Shown here: positions 9,692 through 20,823 of the stretch, piece by piece | How positions within the stretch are numbered: the first letter of the stretch is position 1 | Layout: every line of letters starts with the position of its first letter | Source of the DNA: Octopus sinensis | Lineage: Eukaryota | Reading direction: 5' to 3' | NCBI RefSeq assembly: GCF_006345805.1 | Contig: NW_021836558.1 | Span: 1-23,696, forward strand | DNA length: 23,696 bases | Position numbers and translations under genes: made by a program | Notes under the pieces: generated by a model | Seen by the model: the letters and a program-made list of their open reading frames with translations, nothing else | Databases searched by the model: none | Told to the model about the DNA's origin: nothing

Positions 9692-10216
9692 ACAGTTCTT
9701 TATTTAAGAGATGAGGAATTATGTACATTATTTACATTATTTACATTGACATTTGACGAGCATATGGCGTAGTGGTTAAGAGCGCGGGCTACTAACACCC
9801 AGATTCCGAGATCGATTTCAGGCAGTGATCTGAATAATAATAATAATTATAATAATATCGCTGTGAAAACAACATCCATCCATGAATTTATTTATTTATT
9901 AATTTTTAAATACATATTTTATCTGTGAATTTGCGTGTGTAAGCTGGGAATGCATACAATGAGCTTCTTTGCCCTAGGTGTATGGAAAACACTCGGCGAG
10001 AAACGGAAGAAAATTTGAAGAAAGAAGGAAAAAACATAATAATAATAATAATAATAACAACAACAACAACAACATCGAAAAATACCTTAGGAATGAGAAC
10101 CCAAGTTCGAAATTTCCCCATGACACCTGATGAAGATTGGAGAGTATATCAGCCGAAACGTGTTAACAACAAACAAGATGAGGACAAATATCCGTCAAAT
10201 GTAAATAATGTAAATA
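9692..10216 (+). mobile_element. Composite element: inverted tail copy + tRNA-like head + (AAT)n + hammerhead-containing tail
   Basis: A box TGGCGTAGTGG (9765-9775) and degenerate B box (~9809-9819). 9729-9758 is the reverse complement of 10193-10216 with a 6-bp indel. CTGATGA...GAAAC lies at 10127-10159. The 5' boundary is approximate. Confidence 0.55.
10122..10164 (+). ncRNA. Hammerhead ribozyme-like motif, canonical C3-G8 core, probably decayed
   Basis: P1 GACAC/GUGUU; CUGAUGA+A; imperfect P2 GAUUG/CAGCC; GAAAC. No NUH triplet is left between GAAAC and P1 in this copy. Confidence 0.5.
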
Positions 10217-10619
10217 GAGTATTAGCATCGTTCAAATGTCAGCCTTTACCATCGCTATATCTTTATGATTCTACCTAAAGGTATACGTGTCTGTGGAATA
10301 CTCGACCACTTTCACTACAATTCATGCAGTAGGCAATCCAGTTGATCGAACAAGTTGAATACTCGTCGCCGAAAGGAATGGCGAACCGTTACGTGTGTAC
10401 GTGAGTACATATGTAATAGATACATCTTTATCGATATCATCTACACACGCATATATATGTATATACACACACAGAATAGTGTTGATTGTGATTTCGAAGT
10501 TTCGGCCAGCGAACCCATAATCAGAATGTAATGCATTTAGGTTCGTCTTTGGATTTATAGAGTCTCTGCTAAGTTAAAGTTTTCAAAGGATATGCTGAGT
10601 TCTGTTGGTTCATCCGTTG

Positions 10620-10671
<52 letters not shown>

Positions 10672-10759
10672 ACATGTAAATATATAGATCAAAACAGTTT
10701 GATTCAAATTATATATATATAGCATAGTATCTATCTATATATATATACATACATACATA

Positions 10760-10814
<55 letters not shown>

Positions 10815-11268
10815 GTATAAAAGATGGGCTACAGCAAATATTTTGCTCAATACCACAGATCTGCTTGTCAGTTGTTTGACCTTAACCAGTTGAGCATGTC
10901 CCTTAGGGCTGACGATATGTGCATCTCTGATCACGAGCAGAAGTATGGGGGAGCATCATAGCCATGTGTGAGAAGGATTCTTTGGGGTTTGAATTATTCA
11001 CCTCTGGAACATGGGTGTTTCGTTCAACATCCTTAAACAACCCTTATTCAGGGACCTTTTGAGCCGGATGGGGTTACTCGATCTGAAGAAAATTCTAACT
11101 GGGCTCCACTGCAAGGTCAGTGCTGTTATCTTGATATGAGATCACCATGTCGCGCACATATGGTTGGATGCATGTGCCTGGTGTACCCTTATCAGACGGG
11201 TAGTCATGCTGGGTATACTGGGCTTCGTATATTTTACCCCAGTGTCACTTTGCTCTGCTCGCTCACTC
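10815..11268 (+). mobile_element. Probable interspersed element embedded in an (AAT)n array
   Basis: ~450 bp GC-richer block bounded on both sides by (AAT)n (10768-10814, 11269-11352), with a near-terminal hairpin ACTGGG...CCCAGT. Confidence 0.4.
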
Positions 11269-11491
11269 AATAATAATAATAATATAATAATAATAATAGT
11301 AATAATAATAATAATAATAATATAATCATAATATAATAATAATAATAATATAGGAGTAAACTCCAAACTTACAGGGAAAAATTCAATTTAGATTAAAATC
11401 AAATTTCACAATATATAAATCAAAAGAAAAAATCTTATGATATGTTTAGTCTGTCATTGTTTGAATTACATAATAGAGGTTTTATCTAATT

Positions 11492-11525
<34 letters not shown>

Positions 11526-11864
11526 ATAGATATATATATAATATATATATATATTATATATATTATATATATACACATATATATATAGCATAATACTCAG
11601 ACAGAATCTAAAGATGTGTGTGTGTGTGTGTGAATGTGTGTAAATCAGATAAGCTGAAATAAATTTAAACATTACAAAGCCTAATTGTGGGTTAAATAGG
11701 AATGTAAACACACTTTTTCTGTTATCGCGGTGCAAGAAAAGTAAGGATGGAGTATCATGACAGACCGTTCCACAGTTAGTTAACCGCTCCTGAGAGATGT
11801 ACCCGGTTTCAGTCGACAATCAATCGTACGACTCAGCTGTTACTGCAAAAGTATACATTCGTAT

Positions 11865-12167
11865 GTGAGAGAGCGTGTGTGTGTGTGTGTGTGTGTGAGG
11901 AGAGAGAGAGAGAGAGAGAGAGCGTGTGTGTGTGTGTTTGTGTGTCTATGTGTGTCAGTATATACACGCGCGTAGAAAAAAGTGCGAAGGAGATAAACAG
12001 ACGTATGGATGGATTGGTGGATGCATGTATGGATTGATGTATGGATTGATGGATGGATGGATGGATGGACGAACAGCCTGAGAGACAGACATACAGACGG
12101 ACAGACTGACGCACTGACAGACAGATAGATAGATAAAATGATAGATTGATTGATTGATTGATTGATT

Positions 12168-12205
<38 letters not shown>

Positions 12206-12259
12206 TAGATAGATAGATAGATAGATAGATGATGGATGGATGGATGGATGGATGGATAA

Positions 12260-12332
<73 letters not shown>

Positions 12333-12341
12333 TAGACAGTC

Positions 12342-12418
<77 letters not shown>

Positions 12419-12453
12419 GGCAGACAGACAGACAGACAGACAGATAGACAGTC

Positions 12454-12530
<77 letters not shown>
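11865..12530. repeat. Compound microsatellite: (TG)n, (AG)n, (GATG)n, (GATT)n, (GACA)n, (GATA)n
   Basis: Directly visible. Confidence 0.97.
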
Positions 12531-12531
<1 letters not shown>

Positions 12532-13162
12532 ATTTTACTGGAATATAGTGAAGATGTTTTCATATTTCACATGGGAGAATTTTTTTTTTTAATCTTAGAT
12601 CGGAGACGTTGATATCAAACAGAATATCGTGATTGGTATCAATGAAATCTATGATATCAACCTCACCAAAACAATGATACGTGCACATGCGCACGCCCGC
12701 TCACTCACGCTCACATTAACACATTCAATCACGCGTACATGTACTCAAGTTTGTGCATTCGTATAAACCCCATCACACACATGCACATGGAAATTGCATA
12801 AAATGTCTATCATACGTATGTGTATATATGTGCGCGTGTGTATATCTTTATGTGTGTGTGTAGGTGTACGTGTGTGATCTTATGTGTTTGATACAACGTC
12901 GTCTCTTACATGATCATGATGTCGTGTTATGATAGTAATTTAGCTAATCGATAATAATACACGCAGTGTAGGCTCTCACATAAGGTATGAGTTTTAAAAA
13001 CAATGATTGAATAAGATTATCCTAGTAATTAGCAGACAAAATCTGCATCTTGGGATGATCACACATTTAAAAAAAGAAGTAAACAAGGAGATAATCTGAA
13101 TGCGATTATCCAACCAAAATAATTGAAAAATAAGGTAACTGGTATTTCTCTCCACTCGTAAT

Positions 13163-13308
13163 GTTACTCTTTTAATCTGTTACTCGTTTCAGTCATTTGA
13201 CAGAGGCCATGCTGGAGCACCACCTTTAGTCGAACAAATCGACCCCAGGACTTATTCTTTGTAAGCCTTAGTGCTTATTCTATCGGTCTCCTTTTGCCAA
13301 ACGCTAAA
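13163..13308 (-). mobile_element. SINE family A, 3' fragment
   Basis: Matches the SINE A tail and is inverted relative to the adjacent copy. Confidence 0.85.
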
Positions 13309-13342
13309 TGACTTTTATAAATATATTGTTTTATATGACATA

Positions 13343-13731
13343 GGCGCAGGAGTGGCTGTGTGGTAAGTAGCTAGCTAACCAACCTCATGGTTCCGGGTTC
13401 AGTCCCACTGCGTGGCATCTTGGGCAAGTGTCTTCTGCTATAGCCCCGGGCCGACCAATGCCTTGTGAGTGGATTTGGTAGACGGAAACTGAAAGAAGCC
13501 TGTCGTATATATGTATATATATGTATATGTGTGTGTGTTTGTGTGTCTATGTTTGTCCCCCTAGCATTGCTTGACAACCGATGCTGGTGTGTTTACGTCC
13601 CCGTCCCTTAGCGGTTCGGCAAAAAGACACCGATAGAATAAGTACTAGGCTTACAAATTCCGGGGTCGATTTGCTCGACTAAAGGCGGTGCTCCAGCATG
13701 GCCGCAGTCAAATGACTGAAACAAGTAAAAG
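13343..13731 (+). mobile_element. SINE family A, full length
   Basis: Complete head (GGCGCAGGAGTGGCTGTGTGG) to tail (GACTGAAACAAGTAAAAG), followed by an A-rich run. Confidence 0.92.
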
Positions 13732-13845
13732 AAAAAAAAAGAAAAAAATGTCCTCTTTATTCCAGGTCTTCTTCGGACAAACAGGGAATGTCATTGATGA
13801 GGGCTTGGGTGACTTCGACAAACGGCTTGTTTACCAGCGACGTTC

Positions 13846-14240
13846 TTCCGGGTTCAGTCGCACCTTGGGCAAGTGTTTTCTACTATAGCCTCGCGCTGAC
13901 CAAGGCTTTGTGAGTGGATTTGATAGATGTAAACTGAAAGAAACACGTCGTATATATATATCTGTACATGTATATGTATGTGTGTGTCCGTGAGTGTTTT
14001 TGTGTGTATGTGTGTGCGCGCGCGCGTGTCTCTGTGTGTGTATGTGTGTGTGTGTTTATCCTCCACCATGCTTGACAGCTGGTGTTGTGCTTATATCCTC
14101 GTAACCTAGCTGTTCGACAAAAGAGAGGTAGAGAGAATAAGTAACAGGCTAAAAAATATGTACTGGGAGTCGATTCATTCGACTACAAATTCCTTAAGGT
14201 GGATCCCCTCCAATTATTGCAACAAGTAAAAGATAAAAGA
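13846..14240 (+). mobile_element. SINE family A, diverged, 5'-truncated
   Basis: Collinear with the preceding copy from the B box onward. Confidence 0.8.
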
Positions 14241-14372
14241 TCAAACAATGAGATTATTCAAACAAAATTAATTGACAAAAATTCACTTTATCGGTGTTTA
14301 AAATATTAAAAGAAATGCAAACAAGAAAGATAACTCCGATTAAACAAGTTGATCGATTTGTGTGGACCATAA

Positions 14373-14779
14373 GAAAGGCTGAAGACGATCGACCTTTATT
14401 CTCTAGAAAAACGACGACGCCGTGGTGATCTCATTCTTGCTCACAACATCATAAGCGGAAAGTGTAACCTCTCGAAAGAGCTGTTCTTCACTCCTGCTCC
14501 AGAGCGTCGGCTGCGGGGTCACTCCGAAAAGCTCCATCTGCGATGATTTCATCTCAATCGAAGGAGAGGGGCTTTCTCCGTCCGGGTTGCGGATCCGTGG
14601 AATAAGCTGCCGGACGAGATAGTGAAGATGCCGACGACCGCTCGGTTCAAAGTCTCTCTTGACCAGAAATGGCCTGAACTCTTTGCATGAACACCCCTCC
14701 CTGTACATAACTCCATGTCCCCCTACATGGCCTTGCTTTTTGCTTTTTGAGCCAAAAAATTAACTTAACTTAACTTAAC
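14373..14779 (+). mobile_element. CR1-type LINE 3' end (ORF2 C-terminus pseudogene plus tail)
   Basis: Frame from 14373: ERLKTIDLYSLEKRRRRGDLILAHNII...RLRGHSEKL(HLR*)...RRGAFSVRVADPWNKLPDEIV...RFKVSLD. One in-frame TGA (14544), natural stop at 14688-14690, and a (TTAAC)n tail at 14760-14779. Confidence 0.9.
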
Positions 14780-15164
14780 AATTCAAATTTCAGTGAAAAT
14801 GTACTTTAAAACTATGTTTTTAAACTTAAATGAAAGCTATGTAAAGACAAAAATTAAACAAACTATTTAATGTTGATTTCCTCCCAGAGTAAGCGGAAAC
14901 GATCTGGGATCACTTTAGGTGGTACAGTTGCTGCCGAAGATAGATTTGAAGGGCGAAGGAAGTCGTTGTAATTATTTTAATATAAATCTGTTGAAATGTG
15001 ATTTCATCATATTTTATATTTCTTTGAATGGACAATGGCGTGAGTAAGGAGACAAAATGGATCTTAACTTAATTTGTTGTTGTTGCTGTTGTTGTTTTAA
15101 TACCAGGGATGTTTGCAGAGTGACCCCAATAGATATATTACTTTTTTTTTTTTTTTACTTATTT

Positions 15165-15748
15165 ACCTTTTACTTGTTTCAGTCATTAGAGTACGGCCAT
15201 GCTGGGGCACCCCCTTGAAGAATTTTTAGCCGAATGTATCGACATCCACACGCAGTACTTTTTTTTTCGAAGACTGGTGCTTATTCTGTCGGTCTGTTTT
15301 GCCGAACCGCTATGTTACGGGGGCGTAAACACACCAACACCAGTTGTCGAGCGACGATGGGGAACAAATACAGACACAAAGACACACACACATAAATATA
15401 CATACATATATACATACATATATACATACATATGTACAAAGAAAATATGTAGGGGAGAATTCACAAAAAAATCAAAAGACGAAGACAGGTGGTGTAGACA
15501 ACAAACAGGTGTATCAGTATAACGCTCGGGAAGTGAAAAAGTCTTTAACGTTTCGAGCCTATGCTCTTCCACAGAAAGGAACACAGAAAGAAACAAGGAG
15601 AGAAAATAAAGAATGTGTAGTGGCTAGCGATCTATCATGGCGAATGCCGGGGGCTTCTTTCAGTTTCCGTCTGCCAAATCCACTCACACAGCTTTGGTCG
15701 GTCCGAGGCTCTAATAGAAGACATTTGGCCAAGGTGCCACGCAGTGAG
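15165..15748 (-). mobile_element. SINE family A interrupted by a nested insertion
   Basis: The tail half (15165-15430) and head half (15652-15748) flank a foreign segment. Confidence 0.8.
15446..15650 (-). mobile_element. PLE-like mini-element with A6U hammerhead motif (15543-15578)
   Basis: Minus strand CUUU-CUGUGGAA-GAGC-auag-GCUC-GAAA-CGUU-AAAG. Near-identical to 17643-17818 and related to 3302-3912. Confidence 0.65.
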
Positions 15749-16285
15749 TCTGAAATTATAGCAATTTTCTACATGTTTAAAAGCATTTCTCGTTTCATAT
15801 GCTTTTAACTCGTATCTATGAAGTTGAGTTACGTTTCTTGCTGAGGGAAAGGACATATACCACATTTCTTTGGTTAAGAAACCAAATTCTTTAGGTTCAA
15901 ATGCCTCATATGGAAATTACGATGTTAAAATTGTTTAAATGAAAAGATTTAATGACAAACTTCTAAATTTGTTTCCTCTAAGGATGTTTAAAATCTAAAT
16001 GCAACAACCAAAGGAAATATCTTTAATAAAATCAATCGATTGAAACATTTGGATATTGTAGACAATGATGCGACAAGATTTCTGCAGAAAAGCTGGTGCC
16101 CTCTGCCAAGGATTTAGTCAGAGTGGGGAGAGCAGTGTCTATAACACTATTCAGAAAATTGGTGTGAAGAAGAGAGAGAGAATACCCTACTTGCAATTAG
16201 TGTACTCTGCTAGAACCCAAAAGCTAAGTGGTATACATACACTTACACACACACACACCACACACATATATATATATATATATAT

Positions 16286-16925
16286 ATGTGTGTGCTTGCT
16301 ATGGAGTTAACACCGAAGATATCACTCACATTATAAGCAGTTGTCCGAAAATGTTATCACAGTATTGTTGTGTGGACGCCCCCAGACGATGAAGTAGACT
16401 AGCCCAATACGTAGTTATAGAGGGGGAAGTCTAGACGTCGAGGAGAGCAGAGTTGAGTAGAAGGCATCCAAACGTGCGACATAACAGGTATAATGTACCG
16501 ATGAGACATGATGTAGCATTATGAAATCCGTCTGAAGGACAACCCCGAGGCCAAAGAAATAAGAACCCACAGTATGGTGGAAGTCATAGCCACTCATAAT
16601 AAAAAAGAAGTGCTGATGGAATGTCCGAGGGAAAACCTCAATAAACTGTAAAGAAGAGAAACTGTGCACAGCTGTGGAAATCAGTGAACAAGAAAATACC
16701 TGCGCTGAACTATTGAGGAATCTACAGTTACTCTATCCAGATTATGAGTTCAGTTTATACCAGTAATTATTGGGGCACTGGAATATGTAACACACTGCCT
16801 AAATGCCAATTTTGAGGAATTAGGTTTCTCAAAATCAGAAATGAGAAAGCTGATTCGAAGACTACAGACCCAAGTCAACACTGGAACTGTCAAAATTAGT
16901 ATAAAACTTTCCAGTTTATCATTTA
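16286..16925 (+). pseudogene. Decayed R4/Dong-type non-LTR retrotransposon C-terminus (CCHC knuckle plus restriction-like endonuclease)
   Basis: Peptides TEDITHIISSCPKM, PMRHDVA, KEEKLCTAVEIS, ELLRNLQLLYPDY, IPVIIGALEYV and LQTQVNTGTVKI occur in order, with frameshifts. Confidence 0.75.
16366..16486. mobile_element. 121 bp solo-LTR-like insertion
   Basis: TGTTGTGTGG...CGACATAACA imperfect terminal inverted repeats (TG...CA) and 5-bp TSD AGTAT/GGTAT. Removing it restores the host reading frame. Confidence 0.6.
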
Positions 16926-17219
16926 ATTATATATGAGCATGTCTATACATGCAACTATGTACATGAGAATACATACATAAAGCAAAACATACAAATCTGC
17001 ACACATATATACACACATACGTACATTCATACATACATACATACATACATACATACATACATACATACATACATACATACATACATACATACATACATAC
17101 ATACAAAAATACACGATGTTGAAATGAAAATGAAAGGGCCTCAGATCTAGGTTAGAAAGCGGTTCTTTCTCTATTAACAAGAAATCTTGAAACAAAACTG
17201 AATGACAACACACACACAC

Positions 17220-17258
<39 letters not shown>

Positions 17259-17260
17259 TC

Positions 17261-17314
<54 letters not shown>

Positions 17315-17341
17315 GAATATTACTGTGAAGCATTGTGTAGA

Positions 17342-17617
17342 ATATTGTATAAAAGATCGTAGGTAAGGCCAAAACAATGCGAAGTGAATGCAAGGTAAAT
17401 CACTAGAAAACAAATATGTGAATTAATGTAGACTTACCTTGTATTCAATATTTTGGGGTAATGGCTCTATTTTCTCAATTTCTTGAAAATGGGGTCATAA
17501 CCCCGAAATATTGAATACAAGGTAAGTCTACCTTAATTCATGTATTTGTTTTCTTGTGATTTACCTTGCATCTACTTCGCATTGTTTCGGCCTTACCCAC
17601 GATCTTTTATACAATAT
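17342..17617. repeat. Long fold-back palindrome (~133 bp arms, 10 bp spacer), PLE-like
   Basis: 17342-17474 is the reverse complement of 17485-17617 with scattered mismatches. Confidence 0.92.
17480..17515 (+). ncRNA. Minimal hammerhead-like motif, U3-A8 core variant
   Basis: P1 UUC/GAA (short, next to the inversion point); core UUGAAAA+U; P2 GGGGU-caua-ACCCC; GAAA; palindromic P3 AUAU; AUU triplet. Confidence 0.5.
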
Positions 17618-17642
17618 ACATATATATATACACACACACATA

Positions 17643-17818
17643 TATGTAGGGGAAAATTCACAAAAAAACAAAAGACGAAGACAGGTGGTGCAGACAACAA
17701 ACAGATGTATTAGTTTAACGCTCGGGAAGTGAAAAAGTTTTTAACGTTTCGAGCCTACGCTCTTCCACAGAAATAAACAAGGAGAAAAAATAAAGAATGT
17801 GTAGTGGCTAGCGATCTA
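17643..17818 (-). mobile_element. PLE-like mini-element with A6U hammerhead motif (17740-17773)
   Basis: Second copy of 15446-15650; core CUGUGGAA, P2 GAGC/GCUC, GAAACGUU. Confidence 0.65.
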
Positions 17819-17838
17819 CATGTATGTATATGTATGTG

Positions 17839-17883
<45 letters not shown>

Positions 17884-17948
17884 ACATCTCTGTATGCGTG
17901 CGTGTGTGTGTGTATGCGTAAATATATAAAATATATATGTGTGTGTTA

Positions 17949-18110
17949 TCTTTTACTTGTTTCAATCATTAGGCTGCGGCCAGGCAAGGGCAACGCCTTG
18001 AGGAATTTTAGTCAAAGGAATCGACCCCACTACTTATTTTCTTTTTAAGCGTGGTACTTATTCTGTCGATCTCTTCTGCGGTACAGCTAAGTTACGGAGA
18101 AGTACACACA
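17949..18110 (-). mobile_element. SINE family A, diverged 3' fragment
   Basis: Similar to the SINE A tail. Confidence 0.75.
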
Positions 18111-18559
18111 CACACACACACACACATATATAATACTATGATTTATGAATGTTAAGATAATATTGTGGGAACCTGACATATTCTACCAGAGAACTGGTGT
18201 AAACTTTACAGTGTTTTTTCTGTCTGATTTCTGATCGATATATGATGTTATCAATGATTTGGCAGTCTGGCATATAGAAGTAACATTGATTGTAAAGTAT
18301 CCTCAAAATACGAGATATCGGAATTTACAAGCTAATATTTATGGTCACATATTAACAAACATAGACTTATTTCAATTCTATTTTTCTGTGGAAAGGGGTT
18401 ACTGTCGGAGATAAACAATATTATGTAACTGACATAATTTCCATAGTGATATTCAAGGAGAAAGAACACTGCAGTATTTGCTGGTTGCTCTCAGAAACGT
18501 TATAGTACATATTGCCCTGGCCATATTAATTCCATTATGAAAGAAAACGAAAATTTATA

Positions 18560-18970
18560 GCCGCAGGAGTGACAGTGAGGTAAGTAGCTTGCTTACCAAC
18601 CACATGGTTCCGAGTTCAGTCCCACTGTGTGGCAACTTGGGAAGTGTCTTCTGCTATAGCCTCGGGCCGACCAAAGACTTGTGAGTGGTTTTGGTAGACC
18701 GAAACTGAAAGAAGCCTGTCGTATATATGTATATATATGTATGTGTGTGTGTGTGTACGTTTGTGTGTCTGTGTTTATTGTCCTTCAGCATCGCTTGACA
18801 ACCGATGCTGGTGTGTTTATGTCCCCGTCACTTAGCGGTTCAGCAAAAGACACCAATAGAGTAAGTACTAGGCTTACAAAGAATAAGTCGTGGGATCGAT
18901 TTGCTCGACTAAAGGCGATGCTCCAGCATGGCCGCAGTCAAAATGACTGAAACAAGTAAAAGATAAAAGA
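18560..18970 (+). mobile_element. SINE family A, full length
   Basis: Collinear with 13343-13731. Confidence 0.9.
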
Positions 18971-19030
18971 TATGTGTGTCTGTGTATCTGTATGTACACT
19001 TATATGTGTGTGTGTGTGTGTGTGTGTATG

Positions 19031-19103
<73 letters not shown>

Positions 19104-19864
19104 TATATATATATTTAATATATATATGTGTGTAATATATATATATATATAATATATAATATATATATATTATATACATACATATATCTATACATATGTG
19201 TGTGTGTGTGTATGTATACATACCTATCTATTGTGTGTATGTGTGTGTGTGTGTGTGTGTGTCTAAGTGTATATACAAGGTACCGAGCAACGCTGGGTGG
19301 AGTAAGTGACCCGTAATGGAATATTTAAAAGTAAAGAGCACACATTACAAAAGATTATTCAAATAAACAAAATAACGACTTTAATTTGATGAATACATGA
19401 TGTGTATAAAGAGAAGGAGTCATAAATATTTCATAGACGTGAATGCTACTTTCCATATCACGTTGGATATTTGCCCACAGGATCATATATATATATATAA
19501 TATATATAATAATATATATATATATACATATAAATATATATACGTGTGTGAGGGGGGGTTTCATGTGTGTGTGTGTGTAAGTACGTATGCATATATAAAT
19601 ATACATTTACATACGTACATATGTATAGGTGTATGTGTGTGTTTGTATTACGTATGTAAACATACATACATATAAATATATATATACATATATATATATA
19701 TATGCTTACATACACCCGTATATACATACATACATGCATACATACATATATATATAATATATGCTTACATACCACATACATACATACATACATACATACA
19801 TACATAAAACATACATACATACATACATACATACATACTACATACATACATAATATATACATAC

Positions 19865-19915
<51 letters not shown>

Positions 19916-19922
19916 ATTATAT
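18971..19922. repeat. Low-complexity (TA)n/(TG)n/(CATA)n region with short unique islands
   Basis: Directly visible. Confidence 0.9.
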
Positions 19923-20400
19923 TAACGTTCACGGCGATAGTTTCATAACCTGTCCTACTTATGCACCAACGATATATTAATTGAAGAGTTTCCGCTTGTG
20001 AAGTATTTTATAACTCAATCGTTCATTAAGTCTTACATATTTGATGAGACGTCTCGGAGAGTTATTCACCCAATATTTCGCTTAGTTAAACAGCTTTTAC
20101 AAATCCAGTGAATCGATTTACTTTTTTTCTCTCACTTAAATCATGGCAGTTCTTGCAGTTTTCATCTTTTAAAATAAGACTGTTTGCAGAAATCTGCGAT
20201 TCCTGCATCTTCCATTTGGATTGTTACTCGATTGCTCCACATTCTGCTTATTTACCAAATCCTATTGATAACTGATGAACGATGGCGAAACAATCGCCAA
20301 TTGAGTTGTTATAACTAAACCTGGAATTGTCTTCGAAATGTCAACATGAAAATTCTTAAGGTTTGTCCCAACAGTATCTGAAATTTAGTTATACACGCAT

Positions 20401-20451
<51 letters not shown>

Positions 20452-20488
20452 GTCTTTTTGAATAGACTGTCCAAGATCGACTCCCAGA

Positions 20489-20823
20489 ATGGCTCTTCTT
20501 TTGAAACGTCGCTCAAATTTGGATTCTCCACTGACAATTAAGATACCAAAAATAGAAACCTGGACAACTGGGAACTTCTCGCCAATTTCGTTAAGTTCTT
20601 TCCGAAGTTTAGATTCTTCGATGAATTCTAGTTTATCGATAGCTTCCAACGATTTTCTCTCACGGAGCAGCTCTTGTGATTCTATCATTTCCCATGACGT
20701 CCAATTAAAGCCAGCACTTCGGAATATGGGAACGGTGGGTGACATGCTAAACACCGAACCGAAACCATCAAAGAAAAGAGTCACTCTACAAGATTCACTG
20801 CAGAAAAAATCTAAAGTTCGGCG
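20489..20823 (+). CDS. Probable first coding exon of an unidentified host gene (Ser-rich N-terminus)
   Basis: 111 open codons in non-repeat sequence, acceptor-like TCTTTTTGAATAG| (20465) upstream of the ATG, and donor CG|GTAAGA (20823/20824) overlapping the apparent stop. No family recognised. Confidence 0.55.

Noticed and set aside
9758-9830. Functional tRNA gene
   Set aside because: Degenerate B box/T arm and no clean acceptor stem; treated as a SINE head.
11760-11800. Possible CR1/L2 remnant (minus strand LWNGLS)
   Set aside because: Too short to support.
13752-13845. Acceptor-like CTCTTTATTCCAG followed by an open frame
   Set aside because: No donor before it runs into a SINE; no homology recognised.
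14403-14708. Minus-strand 101-aa ORF
   Set aside because: Antisense to the CR1 ORF2 remnant.
19283-19297. CCGAGCAACGCTGGG resembling the Helitron 3' hairpin
   Set aside because: No CTAG terminus or upstream similarity.
20389-20784. Minus-strand 131-aa ORF
   Set aside because: Antisense shadow of the plus-strand exon; it runs into a (TG)n repeat.
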